A stretch of 64,000 nucleotides of DNA from Sphingomonas sp. 32-62-10 (GCF_002280555.1 NZ_NCEE01000005.1:55019-119018), one strand, 5' to 3'; counted from the stretch's first letter, positions 30,547 through 41,111 are shown. Numbers and translations are program-made. The notes: generated by a model not told the origin, from the letters alone.

Positions 30547-30664
30547 TTATTGAAGATCGGGATCGATACGAAATCTAAATGACAAAACTCATGCCCTCGA
30601 TCTTAGGAAATTGACAATTAACGCATTTATGGATAAATTTTTGTGATTAATTGTGGGTGATGCC

Positions 30665-31048
30665 ATGACTTTGAGGCTCGCGATCCTTTTTTCAGCAGTG
30701 GCGTTCCTTCCAGCGGTAAATCAACAACAACAACCGATTTCGGTGAAAGTTGAGCGGCCCATCGGCGTTGAGGCAAGCCGCTTTGTCCGTTATGTTCAAG
30801 GCGGCGGAAAACTAGCAAAGTCGGCCCATGATATTTTGATATTAGGCAACGTATTGTCGGTTCGGCAGGGAACGCCAACCGACACGATCATTCTTTCGAG
30901 CGATTCTTCGTCTGATCATCTTAAGGCAGAGGTGCAACATGACTGGCGTTTGCAACGCGGCAAGCTGGTCAGCATAGCCTGCCGACAGGTCAATGAGACC
31001 GGAAAGCTCGTTGTGGTTTCAAACTGCAGATTTGTGATCGCGGCTTAG
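30665..31048 (+). CDS. Orphan secreted hypothetical protein in a low-GC islet
   Basis: 127-aa ORF with signal-peptide-like N-terminus (MTLRLAILFSAVAFLPAV). It is visibly lower in GC than its flanks. No motif recognised. Confidence 0.45.
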   Translation: MTLRLAILFSAVAFLPAVNQQQQPISVKVERPIGVEASRFVRYVQGGGKLAKSAHDILILGNVLSVRQGTPTDTIILSSDSSSDHLKAEVQHDWRLQRGKLVSIACRQVNETGKLVVVSNCRFVIAA

Positions 31049-31064
31049 AGAAAGCTGGTCTTTT

Positions 31065-32663
31065 TTAGTCAAACGCCGCGTGCGGTGTATCTTCCTTCGC
31101 GAGCTTGGTCACCGGGCGCTTGAGTAGTAGGACGAGCGGGATCGCGAGCAGCGTCAGGATCATCATCAGGCGGAAATCGTCGAGATAGGCGATCATAGCC
31201 GCCTGGCGGTTCACCTCCGCGTTCATCAGCATCATCACCGATTGCCCGGTTGGCCCGAGGATCGAACTCATCGCTGGGTCAACGGCGCTCAGGCTCGAAC
31301 TGGTCAGGTTCGCGCCGATATCCTGATGGCCCGATTGGATGTTGTACCCGAGCAGCGCGGTGACCATCGAGATGCCGACCGACGCGCCGATGTTGCGTGC
31401 AAGATTCATCAGGCTTGATGCTTCGGTGCGATAGCGCGGGGGCAGCGTCGCGAAGGCGGCAAGATTGAGCGGAATGAAGATCAGCCCCAGCCCGATCCCC
31501 TGGATGAACCCGACGACGATGAACGGCGTCGTACTCATCACCAGCGTCCACTGCGCCATATCCCACAACGACCATGCCGCGATTACCAGCCCGGTGCTGA
31601 CCAAGATGCGGGGGTCGATGCCGCGCTGGATCGCCTGGCCCGCCACGGCCATGCTCAGGACGATACCAATACCGCGCGGCATCAGCAAAATACCCGTATC
31701 GAGCACCGGATAGCCGAACAGCCCCTGCAACATCGGCGGCAACAGCGCCATCGTCGCCATCATCAGCACGCCCACGACGAGCATGAAGCCAAGCCCGGTC
31801 ATCAAGTTGCGGTTGCGGAGCAAATCGCGGTCAAACATCGGATGATCAGCGGTCGCGATGTGGATCACGAACATAATCGCCGCCGTCAGCGACACCAGCC
31901 CCTCGATCAGTACCTCCCAGGACTGGAACCAGTCATTCGATTGCCCCCGGTCGCACATCACCTGAAAGGCTGCGATTGCGATGGCGAGCAGCGAGAAGCC
32001 AAAAAGGTCAAAGCGTCGCGCGGTGATCGGGCGGGAGGGCAGGAGCGCCCACAGGATCGCGAAACAGGCGATGCCAACGGGGACGTTCACATAAAACACC
32101 CAGCGCCAGTCATAATTATCCGTCAGATAGCCACCGATCACTGGACCCAGTACCGGGCCGACCATGATGCCCATGCCCCACACCGCCATCGCCCCCGCCT
32201 GTCGGGAGGGCTTGTTGATGTCCATCATCACCGTCTGGCTGAGGGGGTTCATGAAGGCGGCGGCGATGCCCTGCAGGATCCGGAAACCGACCATCTCGGG
32301 CAGGGTCTGCGCAAGGCCGCACAGCATCGAGGCGAGCACGAAGCCGACCACCGAGATCAGGAACAGGTTGCGTGAACCGATCCGGTCGGCGAGCCAGCCA
32401 GTCACCGGGATCGCCACGGCGGAGGCGACGATATAGCTGGTCAGCACCCAGGTAACGGTATCCGCCGTGGCCCCGAGCGATGCCTGCATGTTCGGCAGCG
32501 CCACATTGGCGATCGTCGAATCGAGGATCTGCATAATCGTCGCCGCCATCACCCCGAGGGTCAGCAGCGCACGGTTGCGGGTGTGGAGCGCGGGTTCGTC
32601 GGCAGGCGTCGTGACGGGACTGGCGGGCGCGCTCGCGGCCGCGCTGGCGCTAGCGCTTGCCAT
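31065..32663 (-). CDS. emrB: MFS DHA2-family (EmrB/QacA-like) multidrug efflux transporter
   Basis: 14-TM-type MFS with LDSTIANVALP and GWLADRIG motifs. Overlaps the emrA stop. Confidence 0.88.
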   Translation of the reverse strand: MASASASAAASAPASPVTTPADEPALHTRNRALLTLGVMAATIMQILDSTIANVALPNMQASLGATADTVTWVLTSYIVASAVAIPVTGWLADRIGSRNLFLISVVGFVLASMLCGLAQTLPEMVGFRILQGIAAAFMNPLSQTVMMDINKPSRQAGAMAVWGMGIMVGPVLGPVIGGYLTDNYDWRWVFYVNVPVGIACFAILWALLPSRPITARRFDLFGFSLLAIAIAAFQVMCDRGQSNDWFQSWEVLIEGLVSLTAAIMFVIHIATADHPMFDRDLLRNRNLMTGLGFMLVVGVLMMATMALLPPMLQGLFGYPVLDTGILLMPRGIGIVLSMAVAGQAIQRGIDPRILVSTGLVIAAWSLWDMAQWTLVMSTTPFIVVGFIQGIGLGLIFIPLNLAAFATLPPRYRTEASSLMNLARNIGASVGISMVTALLGYNIQSGHQDIGANLTSSSLSAVDPAMSSILGPTGQSVMMLMNAEVNRQAAMIAYLDDFRLMMILTLLAIPLVLLLKRPVTKLAKEDTPHAAFD

Positions 32664-33735
32664 TGCCGCGCACGTCGACGGTCACCTTGGCGCTCAGCCC
32701 TGCAATCAGCTGGCGCGGGCTCGCTTCGTCAATGGCGATTCGTACGGGCACGCGCTGGGTCACCTTCACCCAGTTGCCGGTGGCGTTTTGCGCCGGGAGC
32801 ACCGAAAATTCGGAGCCGGTACCCGCGCCGATCGACTGGACATGGCCCTTCAGCTTCAGGCCGCCATAGGCATCGAAGCTGATTTCGGCGGGCTGACCAA
32901 CGCGCATCCGGTTGAGATCGGTTTCCTTGAAATTGGCTTCGACCCAGGCCTTGCCGCCACCACCGACGATGCTGACCGCCGGCAAGCCGCTGAGCATCAT
33001 CTGGCCGACCTGTAGCCGTTCCGACTGGCTGATCGTGCCGCTTGTCGGCGCGAACACGGCTGTGCGCGCCAGATCGAGCTGCGCCTTTTCGCGTTGAACG
33101 CGAGCGGCGGCGATGGCGGGACTTTCACCGGGAACGGCGGCGCCAGTGGCCAGCTTGGCGCGTGCTTCATCGGCATTCGCGATGGCATTGGCGAGCGCGG
33201 CATTGGCCTGCTGCACGCCGTGTTCGGCCTGTTGCAGGCGCGCACGGGTGGTGAAACCCTGCGCCATGAGTGCCGTCTGGCGATCGAAATCTTCGGTTGC
33301 GGCGCGCACCTGATCGCGGGCGGCACGGATATCGGCGGCCGTGCCGCGATAGCTCGATTGCAGCGTGGCCACATTCACCTGGGCAGCGGCGATGGCCGCA
33401 TCAGCCTGCTCAACGGCAATATGATACGGCGCAGGATCAATGCGGAACAGCAGGTCACCTGCCGCGACGCGCTGATTTTCCTTCACCGCGACCTCAACGA
33501 TCCGGCCGGCGACATCGGCCGAAACCGATACCTTTTCCTGCTGGACATAGGCATTGTCGGTTTCGACGAACCGGCCCGACATCAGCCAGACATAGCCAGC
33601 AATCGCCGAGATGATCAACGGCACGGCAATCAGCGCGGCCGTGCGCCGCCATTTGCGTGTTGCTACCAAGCCGCCGGTTGGCACTGCTGGCGCGCTGGCG
33701 GCGGTGAAATTCTGCGCAGGATCGGCTTCAGCCAT
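32650..33735 (-). CDS. emrA: HlyD/EmrA-family membrane fusion protein
   Basis: N-terminal TM, coiled-coil hairpin and lipoyl/beta-barrel motifs (VSADVAGRIVEV, VFAPTSGTI). ATG 33735 gives MAEADPAQ. Confidence 0.88.
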   Translation of the reverse strand: MAEADPAQNFTAASAPAVPTGGLVATRKWRRTAALIAVPLIISAIAGYVWLMSGRFVETDNAYVQQEKVSVSADVAGRIVEVAVKENQRVAAGDLLFRIDPAPYHIAVEQADAAIAAAQVNVATLQSSYRGTAADIRAARDQVRAATEDFDRQTALMAQGFTTRARLQQAEHGVQQANAALANAIANADEARAKLATGAAVPGESPAIAAARVQREKAQLDLARTAVFAPTSGTISQSERLQVGQMMLSGLPAVSIVGGGGKAWVEANFKETDLNRMRVGQPAEISFDAYGGLKLKGHVQSIGAGTGSEFSVLPAQNATGNWVKVTQRVPVRIAIDEASPRQLIAGLSAKVTVDVRGNGKR

Positions 33736-34183
33736 GACGTGCCTCTTGAGGAGTATCGGTTTCGGCCAGATTGGCGCGCAGATGATTGAGCGTGGCGATA
33801 AACGCGGCCTGGCGATCCTCGTCGATCCCGTCGAGCGCCTGGGCAAACAGCTCATCGGCGATGATGTGCAGACGATCGATCAGCGGCCGTGCCGACGGCG
33901 TGAGATAGATCTGCCAAGCGCGGCGGTCATTCGGGTCGCGCCGTCGCTCGACATGACCCGCTTCTTCTAGCCGATCGACCATTCGGCACAGCGTGATCGG
34001 CTCGACCTCAAGCAATTCAGCGAGCTTGCCCTGATTGATGCCCTCATTCCGGTTCAGCATCGCGAGCGTCCGCCATTGAGGTCGCGTGACGCCAATCTGG
34101 CGCGCGCGCTCGTCGAACCGACGACGAAGCAGACGCGACACATCGCTGGTAAGGAAGCCGATATTATCTTGCATGCTGTACAT
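33728..34183 (-). CDS. MarR-family transcriptional regulator
   Basis: GVTRPQWRTLAMLNRNEGINQGKLAELLEVEPITLCRMVDRLEEAGHVERRRDPNDRR winged-HTH. Start is ATG 34183 or 34174. Confidence 0.9.
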   Translation of the reverse strand: MYSMQDNIGFLTSDVSRLLRRRFDERARQIGVTRPQWRTLAMLNRNEGINQGKLAELLEVEPITLCRMVDRLEEAGHVERRRDPNDRRAWQIYLTPSARPLIDRLHIIADELFAQALDGIDEDRQAAFIATLNHLRANLAETDTPQEARHG

Positions 34184-34422
34184 ATAGTAAGCACACTTAT
34201 GATAAACAAGCTGGACTAATTGCGGTATCGGATCATCATAATAGTCAAGCCAGCGTGGTGACTCTGCGCGGGGCTTGATCATCCGGTAAAAACCGATTGC
34301 AATGCGACGCAATGGGCGATGGCCAGTGGACGGAACTTTCGCCGCCGCTTGTCGTTTTGTGCCGACGGATCTCGTTGGCAATACTGCTGACCGAAGACCT
34401 TGGCGGGGGGACGAAAGCCATA

Positions 34423-36837
34423 ATGTCGAGTGCACCCCGTTCGTTATCTGCCCACGACAATGGCATGGCGGCCCGGATCATGGATTTTGATTGGGCGTCG
34501 ACTCCGCTCGGCCCAATCGATGATTGGTCCCAACCACTGAGAACATCCGTCGCGATGTTGTGCGCCGCCGGTCTGCCGATTTGCCTGATATGGGGCAAGG
34601 AAGGCACGATGATCTATAATGATGGCTATGCTGAGATTGCCGGGAAACGGCATCCGCACATGCTGGGGTCGCGCATCATTGACGCTTGGCCGGAAGCGGC
34701 AGCGTTTAACGCCATGATTTTGCGCGAGGGGCTGGCGGGCAAATCACTGTCGTACCGCGATCTTGAATTCACGCTGACGCGCAATGGGGCACCTGAAAAG
34801 GCCTGGTTTAACCTCGATTATGCGCCCGTATTGGGAGAGGACGGTGCACCGGCAGCCATCATCGCTTTTGTAACCGAGACGACGGCGCGGGTGATGGATA
34901 CCCGGGCGCTGGAGCGCAGCGAGGCGCAATTCCGCGTCTTTGCGCAAGCAATGCCCAATCAGGTTTGGGCCGCGCGCGCAAACGGTGATCTCTATTGGCT
35001 GAACGCTCAGGCGTATGCCTATAGCGGGGCAGCAGTCGGCGATATGGACGGGCCATCAGCATGGGGCACCATTGTTCATCCTGACGATCTGCCGATTGCT
35101 GCCCAGCGCTGGACGGCCGCGCTGGCGACGGGCTCGATCTATGAAACCGAATTCCGCATCCGCCGCGCTGACGGCACTTATCGGTGGTTTCTTGTTCGCG
35201 CCGAACCGGTGCGCGATGCATCGGGTGAGGTTGCAAGCTGGGTCGGCACCAACACCGATATCCACGATATGCGTGAAACCGAAGCTGCGCTGCGCATTGC
35301 CAACGAAACGCTGGAGGAGCAGGTGCACGCCCGAACGGCTGAATTGCAGGCCAAGGAAGCGCGGCTCCGGACGGTCTTTGAGACGAGTTTCGGGTTTCAG
35401 GGTCTGCTTGATCCCGAGGGTCGGCTGCTTGATGCCAATGCGACCTCGTTAGCGGCAATCAATTGCGTGCTTGACGATATTGCGGGTCTCGCTTTCTGGG
35501 ACACCCCTTGGTTTGCCAATAATCCGGGTATGGACGAGGCGATCCGGCAAGCGGTGCAGACGGTGGCGGCCGGTGCCGTGGTTCGCCAGGAATTGCTGTT
35601 GAATCTGCCTGTCGGTGGTTGGCGCTGGTTTGATTTTGTGCTGCGTCCGATTTTCTCGGCGCAAGGTGACGTGATTGCGATTGTGCCCGAAGCTCAGGAA
35701 ACAACGGAACGCCGGACGGCGGAAGAAGCGCTGCGTCAGTCGCAAAAGCTGGAGGCGATGGGCCAGCTGACGGGCGGTGTCGCGCATGATTTCAATAATT
35801 TGTTGACCCCGATCATCGGCACGCTCGACTTGCTCAGCCGCCGGGAACTTGGCGGTGAACGCGAACGCCGTTTGATCGAGGGCGGGCTGCAATCGGCAGA
35901 GCGCGCGCGGATGTTGGTGCAGCGGCTGCTGGCCTTTGCACGTCGACAGCCGCTCCAGCCTCAGCCAGTGGACGTCGCGGCGTTGATCCGGTCGATGACT
36001 GATCTGATTGCAAGCACATCGGGCCCGCGTATTCGCATAGATTTGGCCATTGACGAACCGCTGCCCCCAGCGACGGCAGAGGTCAATCAGCTTGAAATGG
36101 CCTTGCTCAATCTGGCAGTGAATGCGCGTGATGCAATGCCGAGTGGCGGCAACCTGACGATCGGTGCTTCGGTTGTGACGCTGGCGGCGGATGCCCGGCC
36201 GGGTCTGGCCGCAGGGCGCTATGTGCGGATCACCGTCAGCGACACGGGCATTGGGATGGATGAGCACACATGTCGGCACGCTATCGAGCCGTTTTTCTCA
36301 ACCAAGGGGATTGGTAAGGGGACGGGGCTGGGCCTCTCGATGGTCCATGGGCTTGCCTCCCAGCTCGGCGGTGACCTCTCGATCGCAAGCAAGGTCGGGC
36401 TCGGGACGACCATCGAATTGCTGCTGCCCGTCTCCGACGCTGCCGTTATCCAGATCGATTCACCCGCTGAGGCTGCAGTGCTGGCGAGTAGCGTCGGAAC
36501 CGTGCTGTTGGTCGACGATGAAGAACATGTGCGGCAGACCACCGCCGATATGTTGAGCGAATTCGGCTATGACGTGATCGAGGCGGAATCGGGCGAAGAC
36601 GCCCTGGCGTTGCTCGGCAAGCGAGGGGTCGACTTGATTATTACCGATCATTTGATGGGCGGGATGACCGGCATGGCGCTGATTGAATTGGTGCGTACCG
36701 ACGTGCCCGATATGCCCGTGCTGGTCATCTCCGGCTATGCCGATGCGGCAGGCATTGCTGCAGACGTGCCCCGCCTCACCAAGCCGTTTCGCAGCGTTGA
36801 ACTGGCGGCAATGCTGGCGAGCCTTCGCCCTCATTGA
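34423..36837 (+). CDS. PAS-domain hybrid sensor histidine kinase with C-terminal receiver
   Basis: Multiple PAS modules, the HisKA H-box (GGVAHDFNNLLTPI), HATPase N/G boxes (NLAVNARDAM, DTGIGM, GKGTGLGLS) and a REC domain (VLLVDDE...DLIITDHLMGGMTG...KPF). Confidence 0.9.
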   Translation: MSSAPRSLSAHDNGMAARIMDFDWASTPLGPIDDWSQPLRTSVAMLCAAGLPICLIWGKEGTMIYNDGYAEIAGKRHPHMLGSRIIDAWPEAAAFNAMILREGLAGKSLSYRDLEFTLTRNGAPEKAWFNLDYAPVLGEDGAPAAIIAFVTETTARVMDTRALERSEAQFRVFAQAMPNQVWAARANGDLYWLNAQAYAYSGAAVGDMDGPSAWGTIVHPDDLPIAAQRWTAALATGSIYETEFRIRRADGTYRWFLVRAEPVRDASGEVASWVGTNTDIHDMRETEAALRIANETLEEQVHARTAELQAKEARLRTVFETSFGFQGLLDPEGRLLDANATSLAAINCVLDDIAGLAFWDTPWFANNPGMDEAIRQAVQTVAAGAVVRQELLLNLPVGGWRWFDFVLRPIFSAQGDVIAIVPEAQETTERRTAEEALRQSQKLEAMGQLTGGVAHDFNNLLTPIIGTLDLLSRRELGGERERRLIEGGLQSAERARMLVQRLLAFARRQPLQPQPVDVAALIRSMTDLIASTSGPRIRIDLAIDEPLPPATAEVNQLEMALLNLAVNARDAMPSGGNLTIGASVVTLAADARPGLAAGRYVRITVSDTGIGMDEHTCRHAIEPFFSTKGIGKGTGLGLSMVHGLASQLGGDLSIASKVGLGTTIELLLPVSDAAVIQIDSPAEAAVLASSVGTVLLVDDEEHVRQTTADMLSEFGYDVIEAESGEDALALLGKRGVDLIITDHLMGGMTGMALIELVRTDVPDMPVLVISGYADAAGIAADVPRLTKPFRSVELAAMLASLRPH

Positions 36838-36961
36838 CCTGGAAGAGAGGTTCGGCCTGGCAAGCGGATAGCGCGTGTTGCGCATCTGCCGGGACAACCT
36901 GTGCGAAATACCGTCTAACGACTAGTGGATTCGTCGCCGATCTTGGCTTAGTACCGCGCTC

Positions 36962-37687
36962 GTGCCGTCGATTCACGCCCTTGCCAATCCCGCGCGCTTT
37001 CTGAAGCTGGCGCGACCGCTGACCCCGGCATTGTTCTGGGCAGGTGTGGCGCTGATTGCGTTCGGCTGCTGGGCCGGGCTCACGCAGACCCCGGCGGATT
37101 ATCTGCAGGGCGAAACCGTCCGGATTCTTTATATCCATGTGCCGACCGCATGGCTTGGCATGGCCGGGTGGAGCGGTATCGCTGTTTCCAGCCTGACCTA
37201 TCTGATCTGGCGACACCCGCTCGCGATGCTCGCCGCGCGCGCAATGGCGCTCCCCGGCGCAATGTTTGCCGCATTGTGCCTCGCGACCGGGTCGATCTGG
37301 GGCCGCCCGACCTGGGGCACCTGGTGGGAATGGGACGGCCGGCTGACGTCGATGCTGTTGCTGTTCTTCGTCTATCTGGGATTCATGGGCCTTGCCCGCG
37401 CCGATGCCGATCGTGGCGGTGATGGCCGTATTCCGGCGCTGTATGGTATTGCCGGATCGGTGCTGCTGCCGATCATCCGCTATTCGGTGGTGTGGTGGAA
37501 CACGCTACATCAGGGGCAGAGCATCGGTATCAACAAGCAGACGATCGATGGTTCGCTCATCTGGCCGCTCTGGTACACGCTGGGAGGCTTTACCCTGTTT
37601 TTCGCCAGCATCGTGTTGATGCGAATGCGCGCAATGCTGGCGACGAGCAAGGCCGAAGCGCGGATGCGGCGGATGGCGCAGGCATGA
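36962..37687 (+). CDS. ccmC: Heme exporter protein CcmC
   Basis: WGxxWxWD tryptophan-rich motif (WGTWWEWDGRL). GTG start. Confidence 0.93.
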   Translation: MPSIHALANPARFLKLARPLTPALFWAGVALIAFGCWAGLTQTPADYLQGETVRILYIHVPTAWLGMAGWSGIAVSSLTYLIWRHPLAMLAARAMALPGAMFAALCLATGSIWGRPTWGTWWEWDGRLTSMLLLFFVYLGFMGLARADADRGGDGRIPALYGIAGSVLLPIIRYSVVWWNTLHQGQSIGINKQTIDGSLIWPLWYTLGGFTLFFASIVLMRMRAMLATSKAEARMRRMAQA

Positions 37688-37797
37688 ACCCGTGGCCGTT
37701 CGTCACCGCTGCTTATGTGATCACGCTGGTCACTTCCGCTGGTATTGCGCTGGTCAGCTATCTGGCGATGCGCGCCGCCGAAAAGGGCAGTAAATGA
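37684..37797 (+). CDS. ccmD: Heme exporter protein CcmD (37 aa)
   Basis: MNPWPFVTAAYVITLVTSAGIAL single TM. ATGA overlaps with both ccmC and ccmE. It falls below the track length cutoff as a separate ORF. Confidence 0.8.
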   Translation: MNPWPFVTAAYVITLVTSAGIALVSYLAMRAAEKGSK

Positions 37798-38252
37798 AAG
37801 CGAAGCATCACCGGTTGACCCTGGCCGTCCTCGCCATTGTCGCAATTGCAGGCGCAAGCGGGTTGGCGCTATCCGCGCTGAAGGACCAAGCGGCGTTTTT
37901 CTATGCACCGGGCGATGTCGCCAAGCAGGGCCTGCCGCTGGGGCGCGCGGTACGGCTGGGCGGGATGGTCGAGGGCGGATCGATCAAGAAACAGGCGGAC
38001 GGCGTGACGATCAAATTCGTCGTCACTGATGGTAAGGCGACCGTGCCTGTGACGTTCAGCGGCATCACGCCCGATCTGTTCAAAGAAAAATCGGGCGTGG
38101 TCGCAGAGGGCGAATTCCAGCCCGATGGCAGCTTCGTCGCCGATAATCTGCTCGCCAAGCATGACGAGCGCTACATGCCCCCCGAAATGGCGGGCAAGAT
38201 GGCGGCCAACATGCCGACCAAGATGCCATCCGGGAAAACATCACCACAATGA
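37794..38252 (+). CDS. ccmE: Cytochrome c heme chaperone CcmE
   Basis: N-terminal anchor, OB-fold and the heme-binding LAKHDERYMPPE (HxxxY) motif. Confidence 0.95.
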   Translation: MKAKHHRLTLAVLAIVAIAGASGLALSALKDQAAFFYAPGDVAKQGLPLGRAVRLGGMVEGGSIKKQADGVTIKFVVTDGKATVPVTFSGITPDLFKEKSGVVAEGEFQPDGSFVADNLLAKHDERYMPPEMAGKMAANMPTKMPSGKTSPQ

Positions 38253-40174
38253 TTGCCGAAGCGGGGCTCGCCGCACTCTGGATCGCTGCCGCGCTCGCGG
38301 CCTTGCAATTTGCGTTGGCTGCGCTTGGCGTCGCCCGGGGTGATCCCGATGTCATGAAGGCTGTCCGCCCGGTCGCGGTGGTGCAGGGCCTGGTCGTGAT
38401 GGGCGCGCTTGCCGTGCTGATGTGGCTGTTTATCCAGTCCGACATGTCGGTGCTGCTGGTCGCGCAGAACAGCCATTCCGCCAAGCCGCTGATTTACAAG
38501 ATCGCTGGCGCGTGGGGCAATCATGAAGGATCGATGCTGCTCTGGGTGACCATTCTGGGGATGGCCGGGGGCGCGGTGGCTATTCTCGAGCGCCGTTTGC
38601 AGCTGTCGACGTTGATCGCAACGCTTGGCGCGCAGGCTTTGATCGCGCTCGGTTTTTATGGCTTCCTGCTCTTCTCGTCGAACCCGTTTGCGCGGCTCAA
38701 CCCCGCGCCGGTCGACGGCAATGGTCTCAATCCGTTGCTGCAGGATCCTGGCCTCGCCTTCCATCCGCCCACGCTTTACATCGGCTATGTCGGCATTTCG
38801 GTGGCGTTCTCCTTCGCGGTCGGTGCGATGGTGACGCGCGATGTTGGCCCCGCCTTTGCGCGGGCAATGCGGCCCTGGGTGCTTGGCGCTTGGATTTTCC
38901 TGACGCTGGGCATTACCGCGGGCAGTTACTGGGCCTATTACGAGCTTGGCTGGGGCGGTTGGTGGTTTTGGGATCCGGTTGAAAACGCGTCGCTGATGCC
39001 ATGGCTTGCAGCGACCGCGCTGCTCCATTCGGTAACGGTGCTGGCAACGCGCGACGGTCTGCGTGCCTGGACGATCATGCTCGCCGTGGTGGCGTTCTCG
39101 ATGTCAATGATCGGCACGTTCCTGGTGCGATCGGGCATCCTGACCAGCGTGCACGCTTTCGCCGTCGATCCTGAACGCGGCAGTTTCATTCTGGCGTTGC
39201 TGGCGCTGTATATCGGTGGTGCCCTTGCGCTGTTTGCACTCCGCGTGAGTACGATCCGGGCGGGCAATACGTTTGAATTTGTCAGCCGCGAAGGCGCGTT
39301 GGTGGCCAATAATTTGCTGCTTTCTGTGATCCTTGGCATCGTGCTGATCGGCACGCTCTATCCGATCGTCGCGGCTGGGCTGTTCGGGCTGCAGCTGTCG
39401 ATCGGCCCTCCATTCTTCAACAAGGCTGCAGGTCCGGTTGCGCTGGCGCTGGTGATGATCATGGCCGTCGGGCCGCTGGTGCGCTGGCGGCGGGATGAGG
39501 CAGGGGCCATCACGCGCCGGATGCTGCTGCCAATCGCGGTGACGGTTGTGGCCCTGCTCGCGCTAGTCGTCTTCGCCGCCAATGCCGGTATTCTGCCGAT
39601 CCTGGGCCTGTGCCTTGCCGGTGGTCTTGCCGTGGCGAGCCTTGCTCCGTTGTGGAAGCGCAACCTGCGCCGCACGCCGTTGTTTACTTATGGCATGGTG
39701 CTCGCGCATTTGGGAATCGCCGTCAGCCTGGCGGGCATGGCATCCGAAACCGCCTTCACGCAGCAGACGCTGGTCGCTGCCACGGTTGGTGTCCCCGAGC
39801 GGGTGGGGCCGTACACGATTACGCTTGAGGGCATTACCCCACGCGCCGGGCCGAACTGGTCAGCGCTGGAGGCGCGGCTGAAGGTGCAGCGCGATGGGGG
39901 CACGGCGTTCACGATGACGCCCGAATCACGGTTTTTTTCGAACCCGGTTACGGTAACAAGCGAATCGGCGATCGCGACGGTTTTCGACGGTCAACTCTAC
40001 ACCGTGCTCGGCCAGCCTGATGAGGCCGGACGCTGGCAGTTGCGGCTGTGGTGGAAGCCATTTGTCACGCTGATCTGGGCGGGCGGCGGCATGATCGCGC
40101 TGGGGGGGCTGTTGTCGTTGATCGGTCGTGTCAGCCGTGATCGCAAGACGGCGTTGCGGGAGAGCTGGGCGTGA
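38249..40174 (+). CDS. ccmF: Cytochrome c heme lyase subunit CcmF
   Basis: 641-aa polytopic protein with the WGGWWFWDPVENAS WWD motif. Confidence 0.95.
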   Translation: MIAEAGLAALWIAAALAALQFALAALGVARGDPDVMKAVRPVAVVQGLVVMGALAVLMWLFIQSDMSVLLVAQNSHSAKPLIYKIAGAWGNHEGSMLLWVTILGMAGGAVAILERRLQLSTLIATLGAQALIALGFYGFLLFSSNPFARLNPAPVDGNGLNPLLQDPGLAFHPPTLYIGYVGISVAFSFAVGAMVTRDVGPAFARAMRPWVLGAWIFLTLGITAGSYWAYYELGWGGWWFWDPVENASLMPWLAATALLHSVTVLATRDGLRAWTIMLAVVAFSMSMIGTFLVRSGILTSVHAFAVDPERGSFILALLALYIGGALALFALRVSTIRAGNTFEFVSREGALVANNLLLSVILGIVLIGTLYPIVAAGLFGLQLSIGPPFFNKAAGPVALALVMIMAVGPLVRWRRDEAGAITRRMLLPIAVTVVALLALVVFAANAGILPILGLCLAGGLAVASLAPLWKRNLRRTPLFTYGMVLAHLGIAVSLAGMASETAFTQQTLVAATVGVPERVGPYTITLEGITPRAGPNWSALEARLKVQRDGGTAFTMTPESRFFSNPVTVTSESAIATVFDGQLYTVLGQPDEAGRWQLRLWWKPFVTLIWAGGGMIALGGLLSLIGRVSRDRKTALRESWA

Positions 40175-40698
40175 AGCGCGGGCTGCTCTGGGTCCCCCTC
40201 GTGGTGTTTCTGGGGTTGTTCGTGGTCGCGGGCTATGCGCTGATCAAGCCTGCTGATCGCACAGTGCGATCGGCAATGGTTGGTCGGCCGGTACCCGAAT
40301 TTTCTTTGCCGCCGATGCTGCCGGGCAAGCCTGGCCTTGACGCGGCCGTGTTTCGCCAAGGCAAGCCGCGCCTGCTGAATGTGTTCGCGAGCTGGTGCAT
40401 CCCGTGCGCAGCAGAGGCAGGGCAGCTCGAGCGGTTGCGCGCGATGGGCGTACCGATCGATGCCGTCGCGATCCGCGATCGGCCTGACGATATTCGAGGG
40501 TTTTTGGCGCGTTACGGCGATCCCTTTGAACGCATCGGCGATGATCCCGAAAGTGCCGTGCAACTGGCGCTTGGCTCGGCGGGCGTGCCGGAAACCTTCG
40601 TGATTGACGGGCAGGGCAAGATCATTCTCCAGCATGTCGGCGAAATCCGCGATGAGGATGTGCCCAAGATTCTCGAAGCGATGGGCAAATCGTCGTGA
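40171..40698 (+). CDS. ccmG: Thiol:disulfide oxidoreductase CcmG/DsbE
   Basis: Thioredoxin fold with WCIPC and the GVPETFVID motif. Confidence 0.93.
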   Translation: MKRGLLWVPLVVFLGLFVVAGYALIKPADRTVRSAMVGRPVPEFSLPPMLPGKPGLDAAVFRQGKPRLLNVFASWCIPCAAEAGQLERLRAMGVPIDAVAIRDRPDDIRGFLARYGDPFERIGDDPESAVQLALGSAGVPETFVIDGQGKIILQHVGEIRDEDVPKILEAMGKSS

Positions 40699-41111
40699 TG
40701 CGCTGGTTGATCGCACTGCTGTTGATGCTGGTGTCGACCGGCCCTGCATTCGCCGATTCGGCGCGCCCGCCAGCGCGGCTTTCCGACACCCAATTGCCCG
40801 ATCCAAAGCAGGAGGCAGAGGCGCAAAAGCTGATGCTGGAGCTGCGCTGCCTTGTCTGTCAGGGTCAGTCGATTGCCGACAGTAACGCCGAAATGGCAGG
40901 CGATATGCGCGCGCTGGTGCGCCGCCAGATTTCCGAAGGATCAAGCCCGCAACAGGTACGTGATTGGCTGATTGCGCGCTATGGAGATTATGTGACTTAT
41001 GATCCGCCCCTGTCGGCCGCGACTTTGCCGTTATGGATCACGCCGATTGCGTTCATCGTGATCGGTTTATGGCTGGCGCGGGCCAGCTTCAAACGACGGA
41101 AGCGCGTCTGA
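40695..41111 (+). CDS. ccmH: Cytochrome c biogenesis protein CcmH/CycL
   Basis: LRCLVCQGQSIADS (LRCxxCQ) motif and a C-terminal TM. Confidence 0.92.
   Translation: MMRWLIALLLMLVSTGPAFADSARPPARLSDTQLPDPKQEAEAQKLMLELRCLVCQGQSIADSNAEMAGDMRALVRRQISEGSSPQQVRDWLIARYGDYVTYDPPLSAATLPLWITPIAFIVIGLWLARASFKRRKRV

Noticed and set aside
34184-34422. MarR operator in the marR / histidine-kinase divergent region
   Set aside because: Only weak 5-bp dyads (ATTGC...GCAAT) were found, which is not convincing enough to annotate.
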